The notes beneath the pieces are model-generated. The model made no database searches. It had not been told where the DNA came from and saw only the letters and a program-made list of their open reading frames with translations. A stretch of DNA of 64,000 nt from Promethearchaeota archaeon (GTDB taxonomy: Archaea > Asgardarchaeota > Lokiarchaeia > Sigyniarchaeales > SOKP01), in contig SHMW01000007.1 of the NCBI GenBank assembly GCA_008080735.1, positions 21,315 through 85,314 on the forward strand, read 5' to 3'. The position numbers and the translations under genes were made by a program. The stretch's first letter is position 1, and every line of letters starts with the position of its first letter. Positions 18,554-28,767 of the stretch are shown in pieces.

Positions 18554-19078
18554 ATGAATGAGTTTTCTATATTGATGAATCTCCTTAGTAATAGGATTAG
18601 TAAAAATCAAATAGGTGCCACCAAGCAAGAACTTATGGAAGCTCTAAATTTGAGAAAAGATAAGGATGCATATTATTTTCAAGAATTGCTTTCGCAATTA
18701 TCGAATTATATCGAGCCCCTAGGACTTTATGTTCGGTTCAATCCAGTGGATCATCACTGGTTTATATCCCATGATTTTAAAACCTCTAACCTATTGTCAG
18801 CGAATCCATTTCAAGATAAACCGAAATTAGCTGCAACTTTATTCTGTGTTTTGGTTGCATGCTTGAAAAGCTCGGGTTCCGCGAAAGTAAAGGATATAAA
18901 GGAGTTGCGGAAAAAAAAGGGGGTACTCCGTGATTTAAAGAAATTAGAAGAGGAGGGATATATTTTACTTGACGATGAAGAAAAGCAAGTTATATTAACG
19001 CCATTAATCGGATATCAATTAGATATTCAAAAATTATTTGTTAAGCTCTCTCTCAAATTAAAAGAGGAAAAGGAATAA
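18554..19078 (+). CDS. KITE-like tandem winged-helix subunit (ScpB/Nse1/Nse3/MksE-like)
   Basis: Two WH-like halves (ATKQELMEAL..IEPLGLYVRF; LFCVLVACLKSSG..LKKLEEEGYILL..VILTPL); 1 nt after the kleisin-like gene. Confidence 0.6.
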   Translation: MNEFSILMNLLSNRISKNQIGATKQELMEALNLRKDKDAYYFQELLSQLSNYIEPLGLYVRFNPVDHHWFISHDFKTSNLLSANPFQDKPKLAATLFCVLVACLKSSGSAKVKDIKELRKKKGVLRDLKKLEEEGYILLDDEEKQVILTPLIGYQLDIQKLFVKLSLKLKEEKE

Positions 19079-19103
19079 AAACTATAAAAAATCTTAGCTT
19101 GGC

Positions 19104-19742
19104 TTATTTGACTGAGATTTGTAGGATCATCTCGGCGACATGATCGTTGTAGGTCTGAACATCTTCAAATCCTTCTATTTGCTCGGCGCAAGTTATAAAG
19201 AATTCCTTCACATTGATTTTCCTTTTCGAAAAGAAATCGGTAATTTTTCCTTTCAGCTCCTCTAGTTTTTCATTCCGATTAGGATCATCTTTCAATAAGT
19301 CAAGCTTGTTAATAGCAATATATATATTTTCCGGAAAAAACCTGACATCGTTAAAAAATTTAAATTGTTTCTCAATATCTCTGTCAAGGGCAAATACAGC
19401 TATAATTTGCGTAGCTATTCTGCTAATGGTTATTACGCCCATTTTAATTACTGCACGCGACACGTCCCCGCCCGGAGCAAAGATCGTATGAGCTTTATTG
19501 GTGTCATCTTCCCTAAATACAACACGGTTGGGATGGATTGTTTTTGTTTCTTTCTCATTCAATTTGTTTTCTTTATTTCCACCTGGAAGTGTTGCCTCTC
19601 CCGAAAAGTCCGTTTTTACTACAATACATTTTTTTCCTCCCTCTACATTTTCAATATCTCCTTTATTAAGATACCGGACAAACATACGTAATATAGAGGT
19701 TTTCCCCACACTCACGTCTCCTAATAAGCCAATATTTACCAT
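19104..19742 (-). CDS. Small GTPase with atypical G3 motif (MglA-like)
   Basis: GDVSVGKTS, TKTI (G2), FAPGG in place of DxxG, NKLD, TCA. Confidence 0.8.
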   Translation of the reverse strand: MVNIGLLGDVSVGKTSILRMFVRYLNKGDIENVEGGKKCIVVKTDFSGEATLPGGNKENKLNEKETKTIHPNRVVFREDDTNKAHTIFAPGGDVSRAVIKMGVITISRIATQIIAVFALDRDIEKQFKFFNDVRFFPENIYIAINKLDLLKDDPNRNEKLEELKGKITDFFSKRKINVKEFFITCAEQIEGFEDVQTYNDHVAEMILQISVK

Positions 19743-19791
19743 ACTATTATACCTCCTTTTGTCCTTGTTTTTTTAAGTTTATTTCTTATCA

Positions 19792-20616
19792 TTATAACTC
19801 ATCTCCGAGAAGTTTTCTTAATAATGTCTCATAATCTTCAATGAGAAACTGTTCGAGAAACGCATTGTTATGAGCATGAATGAGCGCGATGAGAACTTCC
19901 TTTAGGTTTTTTGCTTTTTTTACATACTTTACAAGATTTTCTGGAGAAATTTCCCTATCAAATTCTCTTGTGGCTTCTTCGAATCCAAAATTTTCTCTTG
20001 GTGGCAACGAATCGAAAAATCCAAACGCCGTATATCCTTCAAATTGGAAAAATACAAAAAACCTTGATTTGATAGATTTTATAATATTTGTAAGATATAC
20101 TGAGGGATATAATTCTCCCAGAATAAGCTCATCATCTTGTTGGATTACGAAGTAGGGTGAGATCGGAGAGACTTGCTTTCCATACATTTCTTTAGGGGGC
20201 AATGAGATAAAAGGAAGTTTTTCGGAAATTATCGCCCATAAATCTTCTCGCTTTTTTTCAAGTAGAATTTCCTTTACCTCTTGATATGCATAATAAAAAT
20301 CTGATTGTAATGATAATAAAGAACTAAGATATACGGAAAGAGAAGCGAAGGTTGCCTCTAAAAGTGGGCGTCTTCCACTGTCCTTTGCTGAGGGTTTCGC
20401 TGCTCCTTTCCAAGCTCTTAAAGCAGAGTAAGCAAATCCTTGGACGTCGAAGAACCCGCCACTCAGAAAGATAAATGAAGGAGATTCTCCTTCCTCGTCA
20501 GTGAGAATCTCGCTGGCTTTTTCAGTTAAAGCGTTCTCCAAATCGTCAACATTATACTCACTATGTATTTTCGGCATAATTAAGTATGTATCATCTTTTT
20601 TCGCCAAGATAAACAC
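19792..20616 (-). CDS. Hypothetical protein, upstream of the small GTPase
   Basis: 274-aa ORF, GTG start, co-oriented with the GTPase. Confidence 0.65.
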   Translation of the reverse strand: MFILAKKDDTYLIMPKIHSEYNVDDLENALTEKASEILTDEEGESPSFIFLSGGFFDVQGFAYSALRAWKGAAKPSAKDSGRRPLLEATFASLSVYLSSLLSLQSDFYYAYQEVKEILLEKKREDLWAIISEKLPFISLPPKEMYGKQVSPISPYFVIQQDDELILGELYPSVYLTNIIKSIKSRFFVFFQFEGYTAFGFFDSLPPRENFGFEEATREFDREISPENLVKYVKKAKNLKEVLIALIHAHNNAFLEQFLIEDYETLLRKLLGDEL

Positions 20617-20882
20617 AACCTTTAGTGTTAATAGAGTTTATATTTACATTTAATAATACTTTATTGATTTTAAAGAACTTGTATTATTTTGATTAAACAT
20701 AATAATATTATATAAGAAGAATAAAAGCAACTCTATTTAATTTTTATTATCATAATAAAGAATCTAAAACGATTTGCAGCATACCTAAAGCCTTAAAAAA
20801 TCGGAAGCTTAGCATTCACTCATAGTGAAATTTTGAGGGATATTTTTAATTCTAAGTGAGGAGTATGATTAGCATTAAAAAA

Positions 20883-21455
20883 TTAGGTTTCTATCAATTC
20901 TTTCACTTTTTCAGTGATTAAGTCGTAATTTTTTATTGATTTGAGATTATTTACAAGTATTCGCTCGATAATGTCGGTATTCTTAAAATATTGATATTCG
21001 AGAGATAAGTCGGGGTTATTTTCTTTAATTTCCAATAATGCGCCTTTTAAGAATGTTTTGATAAATTTTTCCGAGGTCTCTTGAATGTGGAGATCCTCGG
21101 GGTTCAAGAATTTAATCTCGACTTTATTCATATCAACTAAATTTAATATTGCTAAGAGCTCATCTTTTTGATCTTTATTACAGAATATTTTTCGTTTTAT
21201 CTTCGTACCTTTCATTTTTTCTTCCGGAACAGACTCTGTAAAATAATCATCTGCGGTTTTTGATAAGATTTGATCTGCACTCTTAAATGACTTATCAGAG
21301 ATAACGGTATTGAGATCGTTTAGTATTTCCCGAATTTCTTCAATTTCTTCTTTTAATTCTTCAAGTTGTTCTTTCTTTTTATAATAGAGTTCGCGAAGAG
21401 CAGAAAGCACTTTTGTAAGATGTTCCATCTCGTTATTTTTTTCTTGAGGCAACAT
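20883..21455 (-). CDS. Hypothetical protein with N-terminal coiled coil
   Basis: Heptad-rich LEELKEEIEEIREILNDL. Confidence 0.7.
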   Translation of the reverse strand: MLPQEKNNEMEHLTKVLSALRELYYKKKEQLEELKEEIEEIREILNDLNTVISDKSFKSADQILSKTADDYFTESVPEEKMKGTKIKRKIFCNKDQKDELLAILNLVDMNKVEIKFLNPEDLHIQETSEKFIKTFLKGALLEIKENNPDLSLEYQYFKNTDIIERILVNNLKSIKNYDLITEKVKELIET

Positions 21456-21556
21456 TATCAGTGAATATCCTTTAGTTAAATTAAAAATTTAATTATTTAT
21501 AAAAATACACTTGTAACAAAATAAGTAATTTATGAATAATTTTACCAGTTGATGCT

Positions 21557-22423
21557 ATGAAAAAAACAATGATAATAACGCCCAAACCAGAAGACCCCGA
21601 AGTTCAACTCTTAACGCATGAATTACAGCAAAGAGGATATGAAGTCATTCATTTCATTCCCGCAAACGTAAGAGCTAATATTTACCACTTCCACGAACGA
21701 TTTGAGGATCTTAATCCTCATGCAGCATTGGTACGGGGATTCGGTGCTGCCGCCACGCAAAAGATCTTTTTTCGCCTTGATTTACTAAGTGCAATGGAAG
21801 AGCTTGGAATGCGTTTGATAAATTCCCGTGAATCGTTAGAGATCGCCAGCGATAAGTTCCTCTCGTCAATCTTTCTACAAAACCATCAAATCCCCACACC
21901 AGAAACAATTATTTGTGAAGAAGCCGAGGATGCACTAAAAGGATTTGAAGAATTAGGGGGTGATGTTATTTTGAAACCATTATACGGGTCCAAGGGGATT
22001 GGCATCACTCGTTTAAATGATAGAGCATTTGCTGAGAATGTGATCTATGCATTAAGTGAGCTTAATGAAGTATTCTATTTACAAGAATTTGTGGAACACA
22101 ATAACAGGGACATACGTGTTCTCGTGTTGGGAGATAGAGCTGTTGCTGGGATGTACCGCATAAGTGATAATTGGAAGACCAACATCTATGCAGGGGCTAC
22201 CATGGAACCTATTGAATTAAACAGCGAATTGATAAAGCTTTCAATTAATGCGGCTCAAGCCGTAAAAACGGAAATCGCCGGAGTTGACATTATTGAAAGT
22301 GAGGAGGGGTATCAAGTACTTGAAGTTAATTCGATACCTGGATTTACGGCGCTTCAGAAAGTCACAGATATAGATTTGACAAAGGAAATAATCGATTACT
22401 TTCTAATCCATGCTATAGAATAA
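21557..22423 (+). CDS. RimK-family ATP-grasp ligase (alpha-L-glutamate ligase, MptN/CofF-like)
   Basis: KPLYGSKGIG, YLQEFV, RDIRV, WKTNI, AGVDI, EVNSIPGF. Confidence 0.9.
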   Translation: MKKTMIITPKPEDPEVQLLTHELQQRGYEVIHFIPANVRANIYHFHERFEDLNPHAALVRGFGAAATQKIFFRLDLLSAMEELGMRLINSRESLEIASDKFLSSIFLQNHQIPTPETIICEEAEDALKGFEELGGDVILKPLYGSKGIGITRLNDRAFAENVIYALSELNEVFYLQEFVEHNNRDIRVLVLGDRAVAGMYRISDNWKTNIYAGATMEPIELNSELIKLSINAAQAVKTEIAGVDIIESEEGYQVLEVNSIPGFTALQKVTDIDLTKEIIDYFLIHAIE

Positions 22424-22477
22424 GAGTTTAATTAAAAATAAGAAATAGAGAAAGAAAATAAAAATTAGAGGTTATGT

Positions 22478-22837
22478 TTAAAGTTCATCGATTATACCGA
22501 TAAGCGAAGCGATAATCGTAAGGGCGCAAGCCCAGATTCCCGCCCCGAAAATGATTAGTAGGACGCCGAGAATGAATATGAATAACCAATGAAACGGTAA
22601 AGGGTCATCGGGTTTGATAGCAGTCAAAATAGTCGCAAAACAGACGAGTATACCGATAATTCCAATGACGACCGCACCTATTACATCTCCAAATTGAACA
22701 CCTTGATATATAGGATATAAATTAAATGAAGGCAGTCCAAAAATTGCTGCTAAGGCAAGAATAATCGTGGCAAGGCCAACGAGACCTCCTACAATCATCA
22801 AAAATTTCATTATTCCATCATTTTTATAATGTGCCAT
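22478..22837 (-). CDS. Small membrane protein
   Basis: About four hydrophobic segments. Confidence 0.7.
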   Translation of the reverse strand: MAHYKNDGIMKFLMIVGGLVGLATIILALAAIFGLPSFNLYPIYQGVQFGDVIGAVVIGIIGILVCFATILTAIKPDDPLPFHWLFIFILGVLLIIFGAGIWACALTIIASLIGIIDEL

Positions 22838-22978
22838 ACAAATACCCTCTTTTATTTGAAATCTGTTGTATTATTGAATTTTAAATTTTAAAGACATTTA
22901 AGATTTTCCTTCAAAGAATTTAAATCTTCTTTTTAACATTAATGTATAATCGAATATAATCCTGTATTAGAAATCTTT

Positions 22979-23533
22979 TCATTCATAGAGGCTTTTATTA
23001 ATACGTGGCAAGAGGGCACAAATCACAGCATCTTTTAATATATCAATTCGGTTGATAGCATTTTTGCTCAAATATCCTATAGCGCCATTTTCTCGCTTAA
23101 GATTTTCATTATTAGCTATTTCTCCCATGATATGTCCAATTTCTTTTTTATTGAAAAGAACTTTATTAATTACTTTTTTGGGATATTCAAATCCAATTCC
23201 CGATCCAATAGTAATTTTCCGATGTTCGTCCATAATAACGCAAAATTGAAAATCCATATAATTAGAAGGTGCTATTGGAATCTTAACTAACCCAGCTTCA
23301 ATCCCAATTCCATAATGTGGTGGACTAGCGTTAGAATCCTCTATTAGAGGGGTTAGGGCTTGTTGAGCGCGGTTTTGGGCTCCTAAAAGTATGCTGTCTA
23401 ATCCGATGGGTTGATTGGGAACATTCGATTCAGCCTCAATATAAGATACTCTAAAGTCCTCAAAATAAAGCCCAAAAGCTAGTCTTACCGCATCGATCTT
23501 AACCGGATTAAGAGATCCCACGCAAATATTCAT
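22979..23533 (-). CDS. yjjX: Inosine/xanthosine triphosphatase (YjjX/DUF84)
   Basis: VGSLNPVKIDAV, SNVPNQP, GAQNRA, GIGIEAG, GAIGYLS. Confidence 0.9.
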   Translation of the reverse strand: MNICVGSLNPVKIDAVRLAFGLYFEDFRVSYIEAESNVPNQPIGLDSILLGAQNRAQQALTPLIEDSNASPPHYGIGIEAGLVKIPIAPSNYMDFQFCVIMDEHRKITIGSGIGFEYPKKVINKVLFNKKEIGHIMGEIANNENLKRENGAIGYLSKNAINRIDILKDAVICALLPRINKSLYE

Positions 23534-23553
23534 ATAATTATCAAATGTGTAAA

Positions 23554-24168
23554 TTATATATTATATTTAAATAGATTCACATTAAATTCTTCTTTAAGAA
23601 TTGCGTATAATTTTTGCACAGGTAGCCCAAGAACATTCGAATAGGAACCTTTGATAGATTCTATAAATAAGCTTGCCCTCTCTCTTATTGAATATGCTCC
23701 TGCTCTTCCTTTCCATTCTCTTGTTTTGATATAATCCCATATTTCTTCATCATTCAAATTTAAAAATGTCACTTCTGTCTCATCATAATCTACAATCAGC
23801 CTATTGCTGCCAAGCTTAAGAACCGCCATACCCGTGATAAGGAGATGTGAGCGCCCCATTAATTTTTGCAAAATTGAGAATGCTTCCATATCATCTTGAG
23901 CTTTTCCCATTATATCTTGGCCTAAAACAACGACAGTGTCCGCCGCGATAATGAGAGAATTTTTATTTTCTTTTAAAACCTTTTGTTCGACAGCTAACGC
24001 TTTTTCTTTTGCTAATTTTTGAACTAGTATATAAGGATTTTTGATTTTTTCCTTATAATGAGTTTCGCTAATATTTGATGGAATTATTTTAAAAGGAATT
24101 TTAATCCTTAATAATAATGCTTTTCTATCAATTGAATGTGATGCTAAAATTATGGTTTCAATAGTCAT
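23554..24168 (-). CDS. maf: Maf-family nucleoside triphosphate pyrophosphatase
   Basis: IILAS, AADTVV, GRAGAY, GSYSNVLGLP. Confidence 0.92.
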   Translation of the reverse strand: MTIETIILASHSIDRKALLLRIKIPFKIIPSNISETHYKEKIKNPYILVQKLAKEKALAVEQKVLKENKNSLIIAADTVVVLGQDIMGKAQDDMEAFSILQKLMGRSHLLITGMAVLKLGSNRLIVDYDETEVTFLNLNDEEIWDYIKTREWKGRAGAYSIRERASLFIESIKGSYSNVLGLPVQKLYAILKEEFNVNLFKYNI

Positions 24169-24323
24169 GCCCTTCTGCGTTTATTGTTTATTCTTAGTTA
24201 AGGAATTCCCAAATCTAAATGTTTTTAATTCTCCCATAAAAAACGTTTTACTTATTTGGCAAGGTCAAAAACCAAATATGATATTTAGAAAAAGAATAAA
24301 ACTATAAAATACTGAAAATATGG

Positions 24324-24617
24324 TTATCCTCCGAAATAGATATAAAGAAACGTCAAATCATCACCATCTTGTAAAGTTTTATATAAAAATTTCTCATCTC
24401 GAAAATTATGCCCGTTTACGATAATTGATAAAAATTTACTTAGTTCTTCTTTTTGGTGTTTGTCCCATATGAGCTTTGCAAATTCTTCTCCATATTTTTC
24501 TGTTAAAAAATCAATAAGTTCCTTTATAGTAATTTTTTCATCAAAATCGATTTCCTCCTTTAATTTTTCCGTAAGTTCATTAAAAGGGGGTTCGTAATTT
24601 AAATCTAATGAAATCAA
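24324..24617 (-). CDS. MoaD/ThiS/SAMP ubiquitin-like protein
   Basis: IIVNG..LQDGDDLTF..C-terminal GG. Confidence 0.85.
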   Translation of the reverse strand: MISLDLNYEPPFNELTEKLKEEIDFDEKITIKELIDFLTEKYGEEFAKLIWDKHQKEELSKFLSIIVNGHNFRDEKFLYKTLQDGDDLTFLYIYFGG

Positions 24618-24802
24618 TTTACCTCATCCAATTCGCTAATTTAATTTCTATTTTTAAAAGTTTGTAAAAATTTAAATTTTTTACCTAAATCAGCTATAAG
24701 TTGTTTCGCAGATTTTTTTCTAAATAATCAGTCTTTATTAAGTCCACAATAGACAAATTATAAAACTTAAGGTCATGTAATTAAATAGTTGAAGGTGAAG
24801 AT

Positions 24803-25810
24803 ATGGCAAAAGTATTTTTTGTTTCAAAAGATAATGTCCGGGATGCCTGGCTAAGCGCGATTGGGAAGGTCCTCTTCGAAGGGGATGAGATTAAAACAGA
24901 ATATGACAAACTAGAAGATCCTCCCTCTAAGGATGCAACGGTTCTAATTGAAATAAAAAAGCCCATGAGTAAACCGATTAAACGCAGAGATAAATTAGTG
25001 AAGATTAAATCCAAGTTTGGAAATTCCTACGAGGTCTACGGTTGTATGGCAGATACATATTTAATCGGTTCTATACAGAGTGGCTATATTGAAGAGATTC
25101 TGGAAGGAATTAATGATCATTTCCTCTATGAGTCTGGGTTAAGCTTTCCCTATTCTTATCATGACAGAGTTTTTAATTATGTCCCCTATTCTTTGGAGGA
25201 TACCATTCATATGAATTATGATGTGAGCATAATTGACAAAGATTCGGTTAAAAGACATCAAAAATTACATGAAACTGACAAGATTATAAAAAAGGAAGAT
25301 TCAATCATTTGGAAACTAAAGAACGGATTGGAGTTCGATCTTGGCAAGGAGATTTCTGAACAAATTGGTATTGATAAGATCCCAATAGGAATTTTGAATT
25401 TTCCGAAAGTAAACCAAATGGAGTACATCATAAATAAACTTAAAGAGAAGCCGTATAGTAGAAGGGCTCAAGCGATAACGTGGCGCCCTTTAATAGATCC
25501 ATATCATCACGATCCTCCTTGTCTCCAAAGAATCTGGATGCGAATTAAGAATGAGCGACTTATCATGCAGACTACATGGAGGAGCCGAGATCTATTCCGC
25601 GCTTGGGAAGCAAATGTGAACGGAATGATTCGATTCCAATATATGGTTGCTGATAGATTGGGGGTGGAAATGGGGCATTATTTAGATTTTAGTAATTCAC
25701 TTCACATTTATGGAAATACTATAGCGGAAATTAAAGATATTCTTACAAGAATGCGCAATAAAGATGAATTACCCGAAGAAGTTATTAGATTAATCGAGAA
25801 TAATAAATAA
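24803..25810 (+). CDS. thyA: Thymidylate synthase (archaeal-type) with internal insertion
   Basis: YSYHDR, SRRAQAITW, PPCLQ, RSRDLFRAWEAN, SNSLHIY. Confidence 0.85.
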   Translation: MAKVFFVSKDNVRDAWLSAIGKVLFEGDEIKTEYDKLEDPPSKDATVLIEIKKPMSKPIKRRDKLVKIKSKFGNSYEVYGCMADTYLIGSIQSGYIEEILEGINDHFLYESGLSFPYSYHDRVFNYVPYSLEDTIHMNYDVSIIDKDSVKRHQKLHETDKIIKKEDSIIWKLKNGLEFDLGKEISEQIGIDKIPIGILNFPKVNQMEYIINKLKEKPYSRRAQAITWRPLIDPYHHDPPCLQRIWMRIKNERLIMQTTWRSRDLFRAWEANVNGMIRFQYMVADRLGVEMGHYLDFSNSLHIYGNTIAEIKDILTRMRNKDELPEEVIRLIENNK

Positions 25811-25813
25811 AAT

Positions 25814-26569
25814 TTAGAAGATTCTTGGAAAGACTTTTTTGGTGTTTTTTTCGATTTGCGACTCTAAGACTCCTATATCAATTTTTTTTATAGCGGCAAT
25901 TTTTGCTAATACATCCTTTATCATTTTGGGAGTCCCAATCTGTCCGGAATATTTTACGGGGCCATCACTTTCCAAAAGTAAATGCTTCTGGTCGACTAAT
26001 TCTACAACCTTTTTTACAGGTGGGGAGTATGAGATTGCTGGAGTAATTGAGAAATAATACCCTCGTTCGATACCCAATTTTAACAATTCATCTGGACCAG
26101 AGTACCAATGAATATTAACTTCGGGGAGTTTATAAGAGGATAATAATTCAAAAATTTCCTTTTCCGCTCCTTTCGTATGGAGGTTTACGGGTAATGTAAG
26201 TTCTTGAGCTAAGGAAAGCATTTTTTTAAAAATCTTCGTTTGGATGGGATAAAGAGACCTATCCTTGACGAAATAGTGGTCTAAACCTATCTCACCAATG
26301 GCACATATCTTATTGCTGTTTTCCCTAATAAATTCAATTACTTTATCCAAATTTTGGTCGATTTCCTTATTCATTTTAACCTCTTCGGGATGAATTCCTA
26401 AAGCAGGATAGATCGTATCATAATTCTCAGAGATCTCTATAACTCGAGCCAAGCTCGTTTGACTCATTCCAACAGAAATAATTTTATGTACTCCCGCTTT
26501 TTTAGCGTCTGCCACTATCTCATCTAAATTAAGATACAAATTCGCATGGCAATGGATATCTACTAGCAT
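25814..26569 (-). CDS. tatD: TatD family nuclease
   Basis: DIHCH, GIHP, IGEIGLD, HWYSG, ESDGP. Confidence 0.92.
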   Translation of the reverse strand: MLVDIHCHANLYLNLDEIVADAKKAGVHKIISVGMSQTSLARVIEISENYDTIYPALGIHPEEVKMNKEIDQNLDKVIEFIRENSNKICAIGEIGLDHYFVKDRSLYPIQTKIFKKMLSLAQELTLPVNLHTKGAEKEIFELLSSYKLPEVNIHWYSGPDELLKLGIERGYYFSITPAISYSPPVKKVVELVDQKHLLLESDGPVKYSGQIGTPKMIKDVLAKIAAIKKIDIGVLESQIEKNTKKVFPRIF

Positions 26570-26699
26570 TTTTTACTTTTCGCGTTTTTTTATGATATTG
26601 CTAATGTAGGGTGTCAAATAAGCTTCTACTTAAAAATAATTTAAAAATGGAGAATTAAGTCCTCCTTGAAGGGTTTTGAGTTAGTCTACCTATAAACTA

Positions 26700-27035
26700 T
26701 TAAAAATTATTTACCTTCTCTCGTAATTGAGTAATCTGCATTACGAGTTGAAACTTTTTGCGTTTATTATAATTATTGGTTTCCAAAATATCTCTCAGAT
26801 CATTTAATTGTTTAATGAAATAATTCTTTAAATCTTCCTTGGTTACATGACCTAAAAGCTTAGGAAGGGGTTTTATTTTATCTAACTTTTTTTCTCGCAA
26901 TTGAGAAATTGCTTTTGCCATCTGTGCTTGAATTCCCTTGGAATCTGTTGATTCATTGAGTTCTAAAGAATCAAAAGAGACTTGTAATCCATCTATAAAT
27001 GCTTGAAGATCCTCGATTTCGACCTGATCAGACAT
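26700..27035 (-). CDS. Hypothetical protein
   Basis: 111-aa helical ORF. Confidence 0.65.
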   Translation of the reverse strand: MSDQVEIEDLQAFIDGLQVSFDSLELNESTDSKGIQAQMAKAISQLREKKLDKIKPLPKLLGHVTKEDLKNYFIKQLNDLRDILETNNYNKRKKFQLVMQITQLREKVNNF

Positions 27036-27187
27036 CAGTAATATATTCTTATCAATTAAAATAAATTAAATTTCTTATTTATTCTTAAGAAATTCATTAA
27101 TTTAATTTTTGTTAAATCTAGCTAAAGCCTTTTTTGTCTTTCATAAATCAAAATTAAAGAAATTTTTTTTTTTTTAACAAGAGCGGA

Positions 27188-27925
27188 TTATTGCCGACTA
27201 GCGTTATTATTATCTTTAATTCTCTGTTTTATTTGGGGTATTAATTCGGGAATTTGAGCTACGGAAGGGATGATAAAATCCGGATTATATGCTTTAAATT
27301 TTTTTTCAGAAAACACACCTGTTAAAACTCCAATAGTTATTGCGTCCACCTCTTTTCCCATCTGAATGTCTGTATGCATATCACCAACCATTACCACCCT
27401 ATTTAAAGATGTTTTCATTAATTTAGCCGCTTTAGTTATACTCTCTGGATGGGGTTTTAAATGTTTTACATCTGACCGAGTTATAATCTTCCCATCCAAT
27501 TTATTATATAGGTCAGAAAATTTAGTCAGTCTATCATCTGCCTCATCTTTGGAAGAAGTAGTCGCTATCGCATAATTATAATTATTTTCATCTAAAAAAG
27601 TGAAAAGGTCACTCACGCCATCATATAAATCTACTTTTTTATTCTCTTCTTTGAAAATTTTGGATGAAATATATAGCGCGCGTACTCTTTGAAAAAAATT
27701 CAATCCTAACTTCTTAAAAATTGCCCACATCAATTTGATTCCAAGGTTTTTTCGATTCTCTCCCTGAATAATTTCATAGGTGAGTTCTTCGATTTCTTTC
27801 TCAGTTTGTTTATCAACTTCAATATTGAAGGTTTTATAGATTTCTCTTTCTATCTTATCCCCGATTTCTGTTGAGTTTATGAGGGTTCCATCCAAATCAA
27901 ATACAAAGCTTATTCCATTATCCAT
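27188..27925 (-). CDS. HAD family hydrolase
   Basis: FDLDGTL, KPHP, MVGDMHTD. Confidence 0.92.
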   Translation of the reverse strand: MDNGISFVFDLDGTLINSTEIGDKIEREIYKTFNIEVDKQTEKEIEELTYEIIQGENRKNLGIKLMWAIFKKLGLNFFQRVRALYISSKIFKEENKKVDLYDGVSDLFTFLDENNYNYAIATTSSKDEADDRLTKFSDLYNKLDGKIITRSDVKHLKPHPESITKAAKLMKTSLNRVVMVGDMHTDIQMGKEVDAITIGVLTGVFSEKKFKAYNPDFIIPSVAQIPELIPQIKQRIKDNNNASRQ

Positions 27926-28137
27926 ATTATGACGTCAAAATGTAGTATTTGATTAAAAAATTGCCATTCAATTAGCTAAAGAAATTTCTTACCTTTTTAT
28001 AATATTGAAAATTTAATATGTTAGTCTAAAATTTTAAAAATTTTTAATAAGCATCTAGAATAGTCTAAACTATATTTTCGTATTATTAAAATAGTAATCA
28101 TACAATAAATAACAATTCTTTCGAATATCCTGGTAGA

Positions 28138-28722
28138 ATGCCGGACTTATATAGTATAGGAATGAGATTAACTTTTATAGGAAAATTCAGAAAATTTCCG
28201 GAGCAATGGAGAAATAAATTCAATTGGGGAGATTTAGCTTTAGAAATTGGATGCGGTACTGGGGAGTGGTCTAAGATTCCGAAAGAAAAACATAAGATTG
28301 TAATAGGACTTGAAATTTCTGAAGAATTTTTAGAAACTCAATTAGATTGCAGAAAGAAAAGTGTTAATAATGATTTTTGTGACCATCTCGTATGCGCAAG
28401 CGCCGATTTTCTTCCATTTAGAAATAATTCTATTGATGTGGGCTACAGTTGTGATGTAATTCATCATATACCCATCAAAAGACAAGCAAAATTTTTTAAG
28501 GAATGTAAAAGAGTAATTAAGAAATATTATATGCCCTTGGAAATGAAATTATACGGATTTCCACTAGTTTTCACAACTATTGCTGATGAGCTCCAGAAAA
28601 GAATTTGGGGTTATGGTTATAATTATGATCGTTCAATATTCTTAAGCAGCTTTACAATAAGAAATCATACAAAAACTTTCATGTATGACTGGTTTATTGC
28701 TGAATGTAGTGAACATTTATGA
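28138..28722 (+). CDS. Class I SAM-dependent methyltransferase
   Basis: LEIGCGTG, LPFRNNSID, VIHHI. Confidence 0.88.
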   Translation: MPDLYSIGMRLTFIGKFRKFPEQWRNKFNWGDLALEIGCGTGEWSKIPKEKHKIVIGLEISEEFLETQLDCRKKSVNNDFCDHLVCASADFLPFRNNSIDVGYSCDVIHHIPIKRQAKFFKECKRVIKKYYMPLEMKLYGFPLVFTTIADELQKRIWGYGYNYDRSIFLSSFTIRNHTKTFMYDWFIAECSEHL

Positions 28723-28767
28723 AATAATTTCTCTATCTAATCTATATAAGCCTTCAGCTTTTCTTCA

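Noticed and set aside
14432-19078. Wadjet/MksBEFG anti-plasmid system
   Set aside because: No JetD/MksG Toprim nuclease nearby, the gene order differs and the SMC has a conventional hinge; Smc5/6-like fits better.
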